Under the pieces are notes generated by a model. It searched no databases, had not been told where the DNA came from, and was given only the letters and a program-made list of their open reading frames with translations. A DNA stretch of 64,000 nucleotides, taken from positions 160,001-224,000 of the forward strand of contig CAVXTM010000018.1 in assembly GCA_963764725.1 (NCBI GenBank), read 5' to 3'. Positions 1 through 10,120 of this stretch are shown here, piece by piece. The translations under genes were made by a program, and so were the position numbers. This DNA is from an uncultured Gammaproteobacteria bacterium (lineage in GTDB: Bacteria; Pseudomonadota; Gammaproteobacteria; JACCXJ01). Every line of letters starts with the position of its first letter. Within the stretch, counting starts at the first letter, position 1.

Positions 1-624
1 TCCAATGGCGCGGTCCTAGCCGCAATCAAGCGCTCGCTTCCGGAGCGGCCGCTGCCCGATCTCTTCTGCTTCGCGCTGCTGGCCCGCTTCCCGGGTTATT
101 TCCCCACCTATTCCGCCGACATCGCCAAGCTGAACTATCTCACTTGGTGTATTCTCAAGGCCCACACCAATAACACCGCGGGCGAGGTGCGGCTAGATTC
201 CGCCGATCCGCGGGCCCGGCCCGCCGTCAATTTCCGTTATTTCGAAGAGGGGAACGACAAAGAGAGTAAGGATCTCGACTCGGTAGTCGAAGGCATCAAG
301 TTCGTGCGCAAGTTGACCGCGCCCTTGAGAGCGAAGGGTCTTATTGCCGAGGAAGAACTGCCGGGTGATAAAGCACAGTCGGACGATGAGCTTCGCGATT
401 ACGTGAGGTATCAATCCTGGGGACACCACGCCTCGTGCACTTGCCCGATTGGACGCGATAGCGATCCCATGGCGGTCCTCGATGGGAACTTCAAGGTGCG
501 GGGAACGCGAAGCCTTCGGGTCGTGGATGCGTCGATCTTCCCCCGAATCCCCGGATTTTTCATTGTCAGTTCGGTATATATGGCTGCAGAAAAGGCCGCC
601 GATGTGATCCTTAGGGAGGCTTAA
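1..624 (+). CDS. GMC oxidoreductase, C-terminal part (5' end outside window)
   Basis: Frame open from base 1; C-terminal GMC motifs WGHHASCTCPIG and LRVVDASIFP. Confidence 0.9.
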   Translation, partial: SNGAVLAAIKRSLPERPLPDLFCFALLARFPGYFPTYSADIAKLNYLTWCILKAHTNNTAGEVRLDSADPRARPAVNFRYFEEGNDKESKDLDSVVEGIKFVRKLTAPLRAKGLIAEEELPGDKAQSDDELRDYVRYQSWGHHASCTCPIGRDSDPMAVLDGNFKVRGTRSLRVVDASIFPRIPGFFIVSSVYMAAEKAADVILREA

Positions 625-696
625 ACCGCTTCGGAGACGCAGTATCAATAGGGTTTTGAGATTGTTTTGAACGGCTCATGCAAGTCAACTTGATTT

Positions 697-800
697 CGCC
701 ACCACGGGGTATGAAACCCGTGGGTCGACCGAAGGGTAGAGCTGCGCTTCTCCCCTTTGGAAACCCCATGGCTATAGATCCCGCGGCAAGACCGCGGGGA
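697..800 (+). repeat. Three-hairpin intergenic repeat (GGAAACCCC family), copy 1
   Basis: Core CTCCCCTTTGGAAACCCC flanked by hairpins; related copies at ~29982, ~49072 and 57415/59395. Confidence 0.85.
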
Positions 801-824
801 ATAAATTTTAAAGGAGGGAGGATC

Positions 825-2474
825 ATGAAACACATAACTGCTGTTTTTAAAAATTTGCTTATCGGTGTCACGGCCGGCATGCTGGTGCTGAGTGTGTCGT
901 TCGCCGCTGACCACAATGATCCAAACGCTATAAACTCGATATTCGCCGACATACCCGTGAGCGCGGCCGATCTTTACGATTTATTCGGCTTTCCTAGCGA
1001 CGACAAAGCGGGCGGCGAGAAGGTGGTCATCGCCCTTACCTTCGCCTCGGTACCAAAGACCGGCGTTTTCGACACCGACCTGCTCTACAGGATCCATTTC
1101 GACGCCGATCAGAGAGCCGCCTCGCCGCTTGGAGAGGAGCATAGCTTGGGCGCAATCATCAAATACGCAAAAGCGGTCGGCAAGAAATACCTCGAATTCA
1201 AACCCTCCGAGGTCAGGGTTACGTTCAATAAGCAGAATCAGGCCAAGGTTGATTTCATGGATTTCCCGGGCGGGGGCTTCTCGAACGTAGTAGAGACCAA
1301 CAAGGTGGTGACCCTCAAGTCACCGGATGGACACGCCATCAAGACGTTTATCGGCGGCAGGGATGATGCGTTCTTTAACGATCTGCCGGGATTCTTCCGG
1401 TCAATAAATTATGGGCCGCAATATTACCTTGTGCCCCACGCGATGACCGACAAGAGAGAATGGCCCATCCCGAAAACCCTCATTGAGCTGGACGGCAATA
1501 CCCTCTTTAACTTTGACAAGAGTAATCCCAACTGGGGGGTCACGGTCAAAAAAGACCTTCCCAAGGGCGCGCTCACGTGGAAGGGGAATAAATTCCTTAA
1601 GGATGCAAATGGGAATTTTCGGTTTGTCTATAGCGGGACAGACGCCCAAGCGGGCAGGAACGTGAATACCATCGTGCTCGAAATGCCATTGAAGTTCATC
1701 ACCAAAACCCCGGATAAGGAGAGGATCGTCAGAACCTGGGGGGAGAGTTGGGTTTTGAAAGCTTCAAGCAAAGCCGACTCCATCCCTGATGATGCATCCT
1801 ACTCTTTTATCAGCCGGGCATGGGCGGGGGCAACGTCCGCATCGGGATTCAACAATGACCTTACGAAATACAAGAAGGTGGATGTCGACGGGGTCCCGTT
1901 CTTGGATGCGGCGCTCAATGAGCGCGAGGACAAAAGACAGGTAGCCAACAATATTAAGTTCGCGCGCTATTACACCAAACGCTTCGGTCATCTCGGTTGG
2001 GGGTTTGGTCCCTCGATCAGCGCTTTGGGCCTTGGGAGTTGCTTTGACCACGGCGGTTCGCCTGTGTCCGTGGATAAAACCTATAAGCTCGCGCTGGAGG
2101 CGTTCCCGCGGGTTAAAAAATGCTTTTTTCAACGCGTGAACATGCCCGACGACTCATGGAATAAGAGTAGCTTGGACATCAAACCGCCGAAGACCTTTGA
2201 AATATTTATCCCCAATGTCGCGTCCATCGATATGGATACGACCGGCACCTGGCCCTTCGGGCGCAGGCTCGAAGATCAAGTGGCAACCCGGTTTCTGTCG
2301 CTGTTTCTGGACATGGAAAAGGGATGCGGCGGGAAAAAATGCAACCTGGAATCGCTAAGCGATCAGGCCCTGTGGGACAAAGCGCCCATCGTGCCGAAAA
2401 CGCCGCCGAACCCGCTCAAAAACGATAAGCCGTTCCTCGCTCAATTTCCCTATCTCGCGGATCCCTGGCCGTGA
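825..2474 (+). CDS. Secreted DUF4331-like protein
   Basis: RBS AAGGAGG before ATG 825; signal peptide; ADHxD..ADLYDLFGF, GRDDAFFND and PFGRRLED motifs. Confidence 0.65.
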   Translation: MKHITAVFKNLLIGVTAGMLVLSVSFAADHNDPNAINSIFADIPVSAADLYDLFGFPSDDKAGGEKVVIALTFASVPKTGVFDTDLLYRIHFDADQRAASPLGEEHSLGAIIKYAKAVGKKYLEFKPSEVRVTFNKQNQAKVDFMDFPGGGFSNVVETNKVVTLKSPDGHAIKTFIGGRDDAFFNDLPGFFRSINYGPQYYLVPHAMTDKREWPIPKTLIELDGNTLFNFDKSNPNWGVTVKKDLPKGALTWKGNKFLKDANGNFRFVYSGTDAQAGRNVNTIVLEMPLKFITKTPDKERIVRTWGESWVLKASSKADSIPDDASYSFISRAWAGATSASGFNNDLTKYKKVDVDGVPFLDAALNEREDKRQVANNIKFARYYTKRFGHLGWGFGPSISALGLGSCFDHGGSPVSVDKTYKLALEAFPRVKKCFFQRVNMPDDSWNKSSLDIKPPKTFEIFIPNVASIDMDTTGTWPFGRRLEDQVATRFLSLFLDMEKGCGGKKCNLESLSDQALWDKAPIVPKTPPNPLKNDKPFLAQFPYLADPWP

Positions 2475-2681
2475 GATAGAATTGAGATAGGATCGTTAGC
2501 GTATGCCAGCCACCCGCGCGCGGTGGCTGGCATACGCGCGCGAGACGTCACACTGCCTCGACATTTGGCCAGCCCTCGCGGTCACACCGAGCTTCTTACC
2601 AGATGCCGTCGTCCTCGACGACATCGGGCGGCCGGAGATAGATGTATCCCCGGAGCAAGGCATAGCGAAGGGGTCGAGAAT

Positions 2682-3864
2682 TCAGGTTCCTAGCCTGCCC
2701 ATCAAGTCACCGGCCCGAAACGGGCCCGGCTCGCGGATGAGGGCCCGCGCCGCATCTACCTGCTCCCACAGGTTCCAGAGCAGCACACCGCGCACCCGGC
2801 CCTCGCGCAGGTAATAGACCACGCCCTTGCGATAGGGCTCCTCCTGCCAATCCGCTATGAGCTCGAGGCTCGGATCCAGTTCGCCCACGGCTTCGTAGCC
2901 CAGGTCGAACAAATCGGAGTAGAAGAACGGCAAATGGTGATAGGGAACCGGTACCCCGGCCATCGCCCGCCCTGCCGCCCCGCCCATGGTATTGGCATTG
3001 TCTTCGTGCTCGACGCGCAAGTACTTGCCGAGATCGGAGTTATAGAAGCGGGCGACGTCGCCGGCGGCATAGATCTCCGGGGCGCTGGTGCGAAGACTCT
3101 CGTCGACGAGAATACCGTCGTCCACCTTGAGCCTCACCGCCTCCGCCAGACGGGTGTTCGGCTCGATGCCGATCCCGGCGACCACACCCTCCACTGCCAC
3201 CGTTTGGCCACTCTGCGTCCTGAGCATGCACCGCTGCCCGTCCGTCTCCAGACCGGTGACCGTGCTATTGGCGAGCACCTCGACGCCCCGCTGGCGGTAG
3301 TAGTCGGTCACAAAACGGGCGAGCCCAGGCGGAAAGATACCCTCACCGATATTCTCGCCCGCGAGGAACAGAACAACCTCCTTGTCGTTCATGGCGAGGG
3401 CCGCCGCGATCTCTGAGCCGATAAACCCGCCCCCAATGACAGCAAAGCGCCGGCCACGCTCGGTGAGGCTGCGGAGCGCGAGGTAATCCTGCAAGGTGCG
3501 GAAATACAGTATCTGGTCACCGCCAAACGGCAAGCGGCGGGGAACGCCACCCGTCGCGAGCAAGAGCTGTGTCATAGGTATACTCCGCGCCTTGATCGTC
3601 GATCACCCGCCGCTGTTGCGGATCCAGGCGCACGACTGTGCGCCCCAGGTGCAGCGACGCGTCGGTGGCGTCGGTGCGGCGCCAGATGCTGTCGATCGCT
3701 TTGCCCTTCCATAGGCCCTTGCTGAGCGGGGGGCGGTTGTAGGGCCGCTCGGTCTCCGTACCGACGAGCCCGATTGAGCCATCGCTGCCCGCCTCACGGA
3801 TCCCGCGGATAGCGGCGTCGGCGGTCATTCCACCCCCGACGATTAGATAGTGGTAGTGCGGCAT
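2682..3864 (-). CDS. FAD-dependent pyridine nucleotide-disulfide / ferredoxin reductase-like oxidoreductase, frameshifted near 3575
   Basis: IVGGG and RPPLSK in ORF 3517-3864; LLLATG, GGGFIG and AAGD in ORF 2682-3575. Confidence 0.85.
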
Positions 3865-3988
3865 AAGAGCCTCGCGACGCGAGCGCTGAGCGGGAAAGGG
3901 CTTAGCCTGGAGTGGGTGCGAGCAGCGCTCGATCCCCGCTTGCGCTAGATCCTGCCACTACTCCTGAGCGCCACGCCTGCCCGTTCGG

Positions 3989-4075
3989 TCAGTCGCAGCC
4001 GCGCAGCGAGTAGATGACGAGCAGGATCGGGATGGGCACACCCAGGAGCCACAACAGGATGTAACCACCCCTTCC
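3989..4075 (-). CDS. Small membrane peptide (GYILLWLLGVPIPILLVIYSLRGCD); start unclear, possibly frameshifted
   Basis: Manual translation gives an LLWLLGVPIP motif typical of tiny membrane proteins near csbD; RBS and ATG upstream at ~4154 are out of frame. Confidence 0.45.
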   Translation of the reverse strand, partial: GRGGYILLWLLGVPIPILLVIYSLRGCD

Positions 4076-4165
4076 TGTAACTTCATCGGCGTGGGATGCT
4101 TCATCGAGCGAAACCCTTACCGAGGCGTCTCAAGCATCCAACGCCCGTCATCATTATCTCCTCCT

Positions 4166-4315
4166 CTATGAGGCCTTTTTCATCTCTGTGCCGCAACAAC
4201 AGCGCGGAGGCGCCTCACCACCCCCGCCTGCCTTCGAGCCCTGCGTGACCTTCATTTCGCACCCGCAATTCGGGTTCGTGCAACGATACGTCTCACCTGT
4301 TGTCATAGCCACCAT
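4166..4315 (-). CDS. 49-aa Cys-rich metal-binding protein (metallothionein / desulforedoxin-like)
   Basis: RBS AGGAGG; translates to MVAMTTGETYRCTNPNCGCEMKVTQGSKAGGGGEAPPRCCCGTEMKKAS; too short for the ORF track. Confidence 0.75.
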   Translation of the reverse strand: MVAMTTGETYRCTNPNCGCEMKVTQGSKAGGGGEAPPRCCCGTEMKKAS

Positions 4316-4463
4316 CCACCTCCTGATTGAACGCCGCTTCTCGACTCGCGCCTACTATCGAGACTTTAGGACCTTACTTAAGGGCGATATCCGCCCTCCG
4401 AGGACGCACCGGCCACCTCGGAGGGCGCTGTTGACCTTGGTGCCTCTCAGAAGGCCTACCCAA

Positions 4464-4661
4464 TCACAGCTTTTGGATCCAGCTGTCTGCCTCCTCCTCG
4501 GCCTTTTCTTTCGTATAGCCATACTTGGCCTGCAGCCGGCCGACGAGCTCCTCGCGCTTACCTTCGATGACGTCGAGCTCATCATCGGTAATGTCACCCC
4601 ACATTTGCTGGGCCTTGCCCTTTAGCTGCTTCCAATTACCCTTGACTTGATCCCAGTTCAT
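4464..4661 (-). CDS. CsbD family general stress protein
   Basis: MNWDQVKGNWKQLKGK...WGDITDDEL...GKREELVGRLQ. Confidence 0.93.
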   Translation of the reverse strand: MNWDQVKGNWKQLKGKAQQMWGDITDDELDVIEGKREELVGRLQAKYGYTKEKAEEEADSWIQKL

Positions 4662-4960
4662 AGTCCGTCCTCCTGCTCAAAATGGTTGGTTCTGGTCGCG
4701 CCCCGGCTCAACCGGGGCACCCCAATTAAGGTCAAGCTGTGTGCCAGGACCGGCGTTATGGATAAATTGTCCTTGCTGCTGGACATAGCCCAGTTACTAC
4801 AGCGACTTGCTAGATAGGGCTAATCAGTAAAAAATGCCGATCGGCATATAAGATTATGCTAAGACATACTCACAGATGCAAGGCTCTTCCAATGCTAGAT
4901 GAGCCTGAAGGGAGGCCTGTTTCTAACACGAAGTGAGCCTGAACTAGGCACGGTAACTGT

Positions 4961-5428
4961 TCATGCTGGGAGGAGACTAAGTATGAACTTCCAATGCTTC
5001 GCCTCGACCGGCATCACCGAGAGCCGGTTTCCGCGTTTGAGGAGTGTTAGTCCCGAAAGCTCCGGGTAGCGTTTAAGCTCCACGAGCGTGATGATGCGCT
5101 TGAGCTTGCGTTCCAAACGGACTTCCACCATATACCAGCGCGGCGCCGTGGGAGAGCTCTCGGGATCGTAATGGTGGTCACGCGGATCAAAGGCCGTCGG
5201 ATCCGGGCGGCCGGCGCCGGTGATCTTCATGATCCCGACGATTCCGGGTTCGGCACAGCTCGAATGGTAAAAGAAAGCGAGATCTCCGGGGCGGATCTCG
5301 TCCCGAAGCATGTTACGGGCTTGATAATTACGCACGCCGTCCCAGCAGTCGGTTTGGCGCGGACGCGCGCGCAAATCGTCGACGCTGTAGGTTGACGGTT
5401 CGGATTTCATGAGCCAGTACCGGAGCAT
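4961..5428 (-). CDS. EVE domain protein
   Basis: YWLMKSEP, WDGVRNYQARN, FFYHSSC, RLSVMPV. Confidence 0.95.
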   Translation of the reverse strand: MLRYWLMKSEPSTYSVDDLRARPRQTDCWDGVRNYQARNMLRDEIRPGDLAFFYHSSCAEPGIVGIMKITGAGRPDPTAFDPRDHHYDPESSPTAPRWYMVEVRLERKLKRIITLVELKRYPELSGLTLLKRGNRLSVMPVEAKHWKFILSLLPA

Positions 5429-5443
5429 GGTTCAAAGAAGGGT

Positions 5444-5625
5444 GCTCTCCGCAGCGCCGTTACGGGCCTTCGACTTGAACCGAGGGTTCAAGAATGGAAC
5501 ATCGCGAGGCGAATCAGGCCTTCCGCTACGAGAGCGGACTGCTCAACATCGCCTACCGGTCAGTTCCTTTGGTTTCTTAATTAGGCTCAAGGATACCCGA
5601 CCCGTTGACGTACGCCGCAGAGAGC
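5444..5625 (-). ncRNA. ssrS: 6S RNA
   Basis: ~180 nt with complementary ends directly downstream of zapA; CCTTGAGCC and CTTGAACC..GGTTCAAG motifs. Confidence 0.9.
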
Positions 5626-5638
5626 GTCAACCATAAAT

Positions 5639-5959
5639 CTACGCTAGCACGCGCTCGCCGCCGGCAAGCACGTCAGTGATCTTCTTTTCTATTCTGCGCA
5701 TGAACGCATCCACGTTCTTAGTATACGCTTCGTGTTGGCGCTTGTGCTCCAACAGATCATGCGCGATGTTGAGAGCCGCCATGACCGCAATGCGCTCACT
5801 GCCACTCACCTTCCCGTGGTCGCGTAACTCGATCATCTTGCGATTGAGGAACTCGACACTATTGAATAAGGCTTCGCGTTCCTGATCATTACAGGCCACG
5901 AGATATTCTTTTTCCATAATCATCACACTTACCGGCCGGGGCTCTTCACTCATGTTCAA
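5639..5959 (-). CDS. zapA: Cell division protein ZapA
   Basis: EYLVAC...ERIAVMAALNIAHDLL; synteny. Confidence 0.93.
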   Translation of the reverse strand: MNMSEEPRPVSVMIMEKEYLVACNDQEREALFNSVEFLNRKMIELRDHGKVSGSERIAVMAALNIAHDLLEHKRQHEAYTKNVDAFMRRIEKKITDVLAGGERVLA

Positions 5960-6162
5960 GATTCCATCGCTCTTAGGCGCGTGATCATCGACTCCACCCG
6001 CGAGCGCGCGAGCTCGGTCTTTTCGATCAACGCTGCCCGCTCGGCCATGAGCCCGGAGCGTTGCGTTCGCAGGGCTTTATTCTCGCCACTCAATTGTTCG
6101 ATCGCACGGATTAGCTCTTCGACACGCATCTCAAGCGTCTCGATATCTAAAGATTCTTGCAC
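5956..6162 (-). CDS. TIGR02449 family coiled-coil protein (ZapB-like)
   Basis: LIEKTELARSRVESMITRLRAME; upstream of zapA. Confidence 0.85.
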   Translation of the reverse strand: MQESLDIETLEMRVEELIRAIEQLSGENKALRTQRSGLMAERAALIEKTELARSRVESMITRLRAMES

Positions 6163-6312
6163 TTGAATCGCCTTGCTGTCGTACCGCGTTCTGAGAATTC
6201 ACTATAGAGCGGCAGTCCACGGCGGTCAACAACATCGAATGAGGGTGTTTTCATGGGTTTTGCTCAAGTATCATTGGCGCATCTCTAGCACCGACAATAG
6301 GTCTGCAGACGG

Positions 6313-7632
6313 ATGGATAAGCGCGAGTTTATGCGGCGGCGAAAACGCCTGATGGATATGATGAATTCAAGCGGCATGGCGATCATACCGGCCGCGCCGA
6401 TACGGCACCGCAATGCCGATGTGGAGTTTCCCTACCGGCCGGACAGTAACTTTTTTTACTTGACGGGGTTCGCCGAACCGCAAGCCGTCGCGGTCTTGGT
6501 TCCCGATCGGCCGCAAGGGGAGTTCCTGCTCTTTTGCCGCGAACACGATCCGGCCTTGGAAGTTTGGCACGGACGCCACGCCGGGCTCGAAGGGGCCTGC
6601 GCCGACTTCGGGGCCGACGATGCCTTCCCGATCGGCGATCTGGACGACATCGTGCCGGGACTCTTGGAAAATCGGGAGCGGGTGTTTTACACCATGGGTT
6701 TCGATCCCGAATTCGACCAGCGTCTCATGGGCTGGGTGAACCAGGTCCGGGGCCGCTATCGCACCGGCGTTACCGCGCCGCAAGAATTCATTACCCTGAG
6801 CCATTTGTTGCACGAGATGCGTCTCTTCAAGAGCCCGCAGGAGATTCGCGTCATGCGTAAAGCGGCCGCCTTGGCGGCGGCCGCGCATTGTCGGGCTATG
6901 GAGGTCTGCCGCCCAGGTCTCAAGGAATACCAGGTCGAGGCGGCCTTGCTGCACGCATTCATGGAGGGCGGGAGCCGGTCTCCGGCGTACCCGTGCATCG
7001 TGGGCGGCGGGGCGAACGGCTGCATCCTGCACTACACGGAGAATTCGGACACGTTGAATGACGGCGACCTCGTGCTCATCGACGCCGGCGCCGAATATCA
7101 AGGCTACGCGAGCGATATCACGCGGACGTTTCCGGTAAACGGCCGCTTTACGCCCAACCAGCGTGCCGTCTACGAGGCGGTATTGGCGGCGCAGCAGGCG
7201 GCGATTCAGAAAATCGTTCCCGGCAACCATTGGAATGATCCCCACGAAGCGGCGATCCGGACCTTGACCAGGAGCCTGGTCGATCTCGGGATCTTGAAGG
7301 GACAGTTGACGCGCCTCATCAAGGATGCGGCCTACAAGCCGTTTTTCATGCACCGGACCGGGCACTGGCTGGGGATGGACGTGCATGATGTCGGCGATTA
7401 CAAGGTCGGCAACCAATGGCGCATGTTGGAGCCCGGCATGGCGCTCACCGTCGAACCGGGTCTGTATCTCAAGGCGGGGACAAAAGGCTTGGCCAAACGC
7501 TGGTGGAACATCGGCATCCGCATCGAAGACGATGTCCTGGTGACGCCCGAGGGTCATGAAGTCCTGAGCGCGGCGGCGCCCAAGACGGTGGCGGGGATCG
7601 AATCCATCATGCTACATGCTCGCGCCGCCTGA
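6313..7632 (+). CDS. pepP: Xaa-Pro aminopeptidase
   Basis: DAGAEY..ASDITRT, HRTGHWLGMDVHD, TVEPG, GIRIEDD. Confidence 0.96.
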   Translation: MDKREFMRRRKRLMDMMNSSGMAIIPAAPIRHRNADVEFPYRPDSNFFYLTGFAEPQAVAVLVPDRPQGEFLLFCREHDPALEVWHGRHAGLEGACADFGADDAFPIGDLDDIVPGLLENRERVFYTMGFDPEFDQRLMGWVNQVRGRYRTGVTAPQEFITLSHLLHEMRLFKSPQEIRVMRKAAALAAAAHCRAMEVCRPGLKEYQVEAALLHAFMEGGSRSPAYPCIVGGGANGCILHYTENSDTLNDGDLVLIDAGAEYQGYASDITRTFPVNGRFTPNQRAVYEAVLAAQQAAIQKIVPGNHWNDPHEAAIRTLTRSLVDLGILKGQLTRLIKDAAYKPFFMHRTGHWLGMDVHDVGDYKVGNQWRMLEPGMALTVEPGLYLKAGTKGLAKRWWNIGIRIEDDVLVTPEGHEVLSAAAPKTVAGIESIMLHARAA

Positions 7633-8842
7633 CTACGATCTGTTCATCATCGGCGGCGGGATGGTGGGCGCGAGTCTCGCATGCGCGCTGGCCGGGCAAC
7701 CGTTGAAAATCGGCCTGGTAGAGGCGGCGCCCTGGAAGACCCACGAGCCACCGAGCTATGACGATCGCGGCCTGGCCCTGTCGGCCGTCTCGCAAAGGAT
7801 CCTCGCCGGGATCGGGATCTGGCCGCAAATACAGGCGCATGCCACGCCGATCGAGCGTATCCATGTCTCCGACCAGGGGCATTTCGGGTTTGCCCGGTTC
7901 GATGCTCGGATGCTCGGATATGCAGCCTTCGGCCACGTGGTGGCCGGGCGCCAGCTCGGACAAGCCCTGCTATCGAAACTGGCCGCCCAAGAAAACGTCG
8001 ATCTCATCTCGCCCGGCCGCATTGAGGCCTTGAAAACCCAAGCTCACCATATGCTGGCGAGGGTGGTTGCAGGTGGGGTCGAGTGCGGCTTAAGCACACG
8101 GCTCCTGGTCGCCGCCGACGGGGGTGACTCGAACACACGCACGCTCCTTGGGGTGCGCAGCCGCGAGTTTGACTACCGCCAGACCGCCGTGGTCGCGAAC
8201 GTGTCCTTGGCCGCACCGCATCACAATACCGCCTACGAACGCTTTGGCCCGTCCGGACCCGTCGCGCTCTTACCTCTCGGGGGGCAGCGTTCGGTCGCGG
8301 TGTGCGTGGCGGGCAGCGAGGAGGCGAGCGAGCTCCTGGTCATGGAGGACACCGAGTTTACGGAGCGCTTGAGTGCGCGCATGGGGCATCGCATTGGACC
8401 TTTGCTCAAGGTAGGCAGGCGACGCGCTTATCCGCTTAGGTTGGTTCGTGCGCTCGATCAGGCCGGACCCCGCTTCGCGGTCATCGGCAACGCCGCGCAT
8501 GCGATCCACCCGAACGCAGCGCAAGGCCTGAATCTCGGCTTGCGCGACGTGGCCACGCTCGCGGAATGCGTCATCGATGCCTGCCGCGCCGGCGAGGACC
8601 CGGGGGCTTACCCGATGCTGCGCCGTTACGCCGAGATGAGACGAGCCGACCAGCGCCGCGTCATCGCGCTGAGTCACGGCTTGGCGCGGCTCTTCGGTAA
8701 CGATCTCTGTCCGCTCGTCATCGCGCGCGACTTGGCGATGTGCGCCATCGACATGATCCCGGCCCTTAAACGCGCACTGGTGCGGCGGGCCATGGGTCTC
8801 CGTGGGCCGTTGCCGCGGCTCGGGCGGGGCATACCGCTGTGA
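7616..8842 (+). CDS. ubiH: 2-octaprenyl-6-methoxyphenol hydroxylase
   Basis: GGGMVG, AYERF, GNAAHAIHPNAAQGLNLGLRD; pepP-ubiH synteny. Confidence 0.9.
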   Translation: MLAPPDYDLFIIGGGMVGASLACALAGQPLKIGLVEAAPWKTHEPPSYDDRGLALSAVSQRILAGIGIWPQIQAHATPIERIHVSDQGHFGFARFDARMLGYAAFGHVVAGRQLGQALLSKLAAQENVDLISPGRIEALKTQAHHMLARVVAGGVECGLSTRLLVAADGGDSNTRTLLGVRSREFDYRQTAVVANVSLAAPHHNTAYERFGPSGPVALLPLGGQRSVAVCVAGSEEASELLVMEDTEFTERLSARMGHRIGPLLKVGRRRAYPLRLVRALDQAGPRFAVIGNAAHAIHPNAAQGLNLGLRDVATLAECVIDACRAGEDPGAYPMLRRYAEMRRADQRRVIALSHGLARLFGNDLCPLVIARDLAMCAIDMIPALKRALVRRAMGLRGPLPRLGRGIPL

Positions 8843-8978
8843 GCGCAAGGCTAGGGGATCGCGAGGCGGACTTCGAGGTCGCCGTCATCGGCGGGGGTGT
8901 GGTCGGCGGAACCCTGGCGGCGATCCTGGGGGCGGCCGGATTAAGGGTCGCGCTCGTCGAGGCTAGCGAGACACCCTC
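8732..8978 (+). repeat. 247-bp direct repeat, copy 1 (ubiH 3' end plus ubiI 5' start)
   Basis: Identical to 13616-13862. Confidence 0.95.
8839..8978 (+). pseudogene. Truncated ubiI 5' duplicate
   Basis: Same as the first 140 nt of ORF 13723-14967, then diverges into island sequence. Confidence 0.9.
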
Positions 8979-9351
8979 CCTGGTAACCGCATAGCAACTC
9001 CTTTTGTTGTTGGAATGTTGAGTCAAAAAGAATAGCCGAAAGAGTGCCTATTTTTAAATCACTCCGACCCCTATCTGCTTTCAACAACAGTGCCATATCG
9101 CGGCGTCCTTAACCTAGTGCTATTGCACTCCGACCCCTATGTTCCCCTCGGGGAAGAAGCCTCGCGGCGAGCGGCAGAGCAGCGTTCCGCTCCCGAGACA
9201 CGACCGCAGCAGTCCGAGCGTCCGCCCGCCAACGACAATGCCGCGCAGCGGGAACATTCACAGCCTCGCGATCTCGATCGCGGGCGCGACCACTGCAGGT
9301 ATGAGCGGCGATGACCAGCCGCTATGTTCTGGCGGCTAAGCCGTCTCCTCG

Positions 9352-9384
9352 AAAAAACCCTCGGTGGACAATCACCGAGGGTTT
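9352..9384 (-). terminator. Intrinsic terminator-like hairpin
   Basis: AAACCCTCGGTG-gacaat-CACCGAGGGTTT with a T-tract on the minus strand. Confidence 0.6.
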
Positions 9385-10120
9385 AGGTCCTTGCGGTTGA
9401 TGACCGAAATGCCCGATCAAGAACACGCGTTTCGTGGAGGTAAGTACGTCACCACCTCACATGGGCAGTGACGGCCGTACGCTGCCCGTTCAATGAGCGT
9501 CTTATGCTTAGTTATCGAGACGCCCGTTGCATGTTACATGTTACAAGCCAAGTTGCACACACAAATCCCACAAGAATTTTGCTAGAAACGATGCTGCAAC
9601 GCGAAGAGAGAATTTGCCGACGAACGTCGAATCCAGGAAGTTGTTTATTATCCGTTCGTTTATGGACTCCGTTCGAATCTTACGGCAACGCTTATAAATT
9701 CCGAGAAGATTAATTGTTTCGGTCGTTTCTTCAATGCGAACGACGCGATTCAAGTTTCGATTTCCGTCACAAGCAGGACAGTTAGCATTTAATTTCCGCT
9801 TGGGGATCCGCCCCGATGCTTCGCTGCGCTTGCGACCAACTACAGAATAACGAGAAATTGATCTTGAAGTCGCGCCAGCCATACGGTTAACTTACCCCGT
9901 ACACCTGGCGGCTCAAGTCACGAGCCTTTCCGACAGTGTGCATATATCTATATGCTCCTTGTTTCTGGAGGCGCTGGTGGCTCCAACCGAGCTTGGCCGA
10001 AAGTGGGGCATCGAACCTATCCCTCCCGTCCACGGGTTGGCTTACCCGCGTTCCTCCATATGCGTCGAGTTTCGGTGAGACGGTTGCATACCTGGGTCCC
10101 ATACGTGAAGGAAAGCGGCT

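Noticed and set aside
678-824. N-terminal extensions of ORFs 678, 30057, 46184 and 61143-62867
   Set aside because: They read through repeats or neighbouring genes; better downstream starts exist
6367-7557. Long antisense ORFs (also 18155-19351, 19355-20698, 21051-22190, 52361-53431)
   Set aside because: Shadow frames of GC-rich genes, with no motifs of their own
9541-9882. Low-GC 113-aa ORF, and the 106-aa ORF at 54682-55002
   Set aside because: Possibly real fragments, but no recognisable family or clear start
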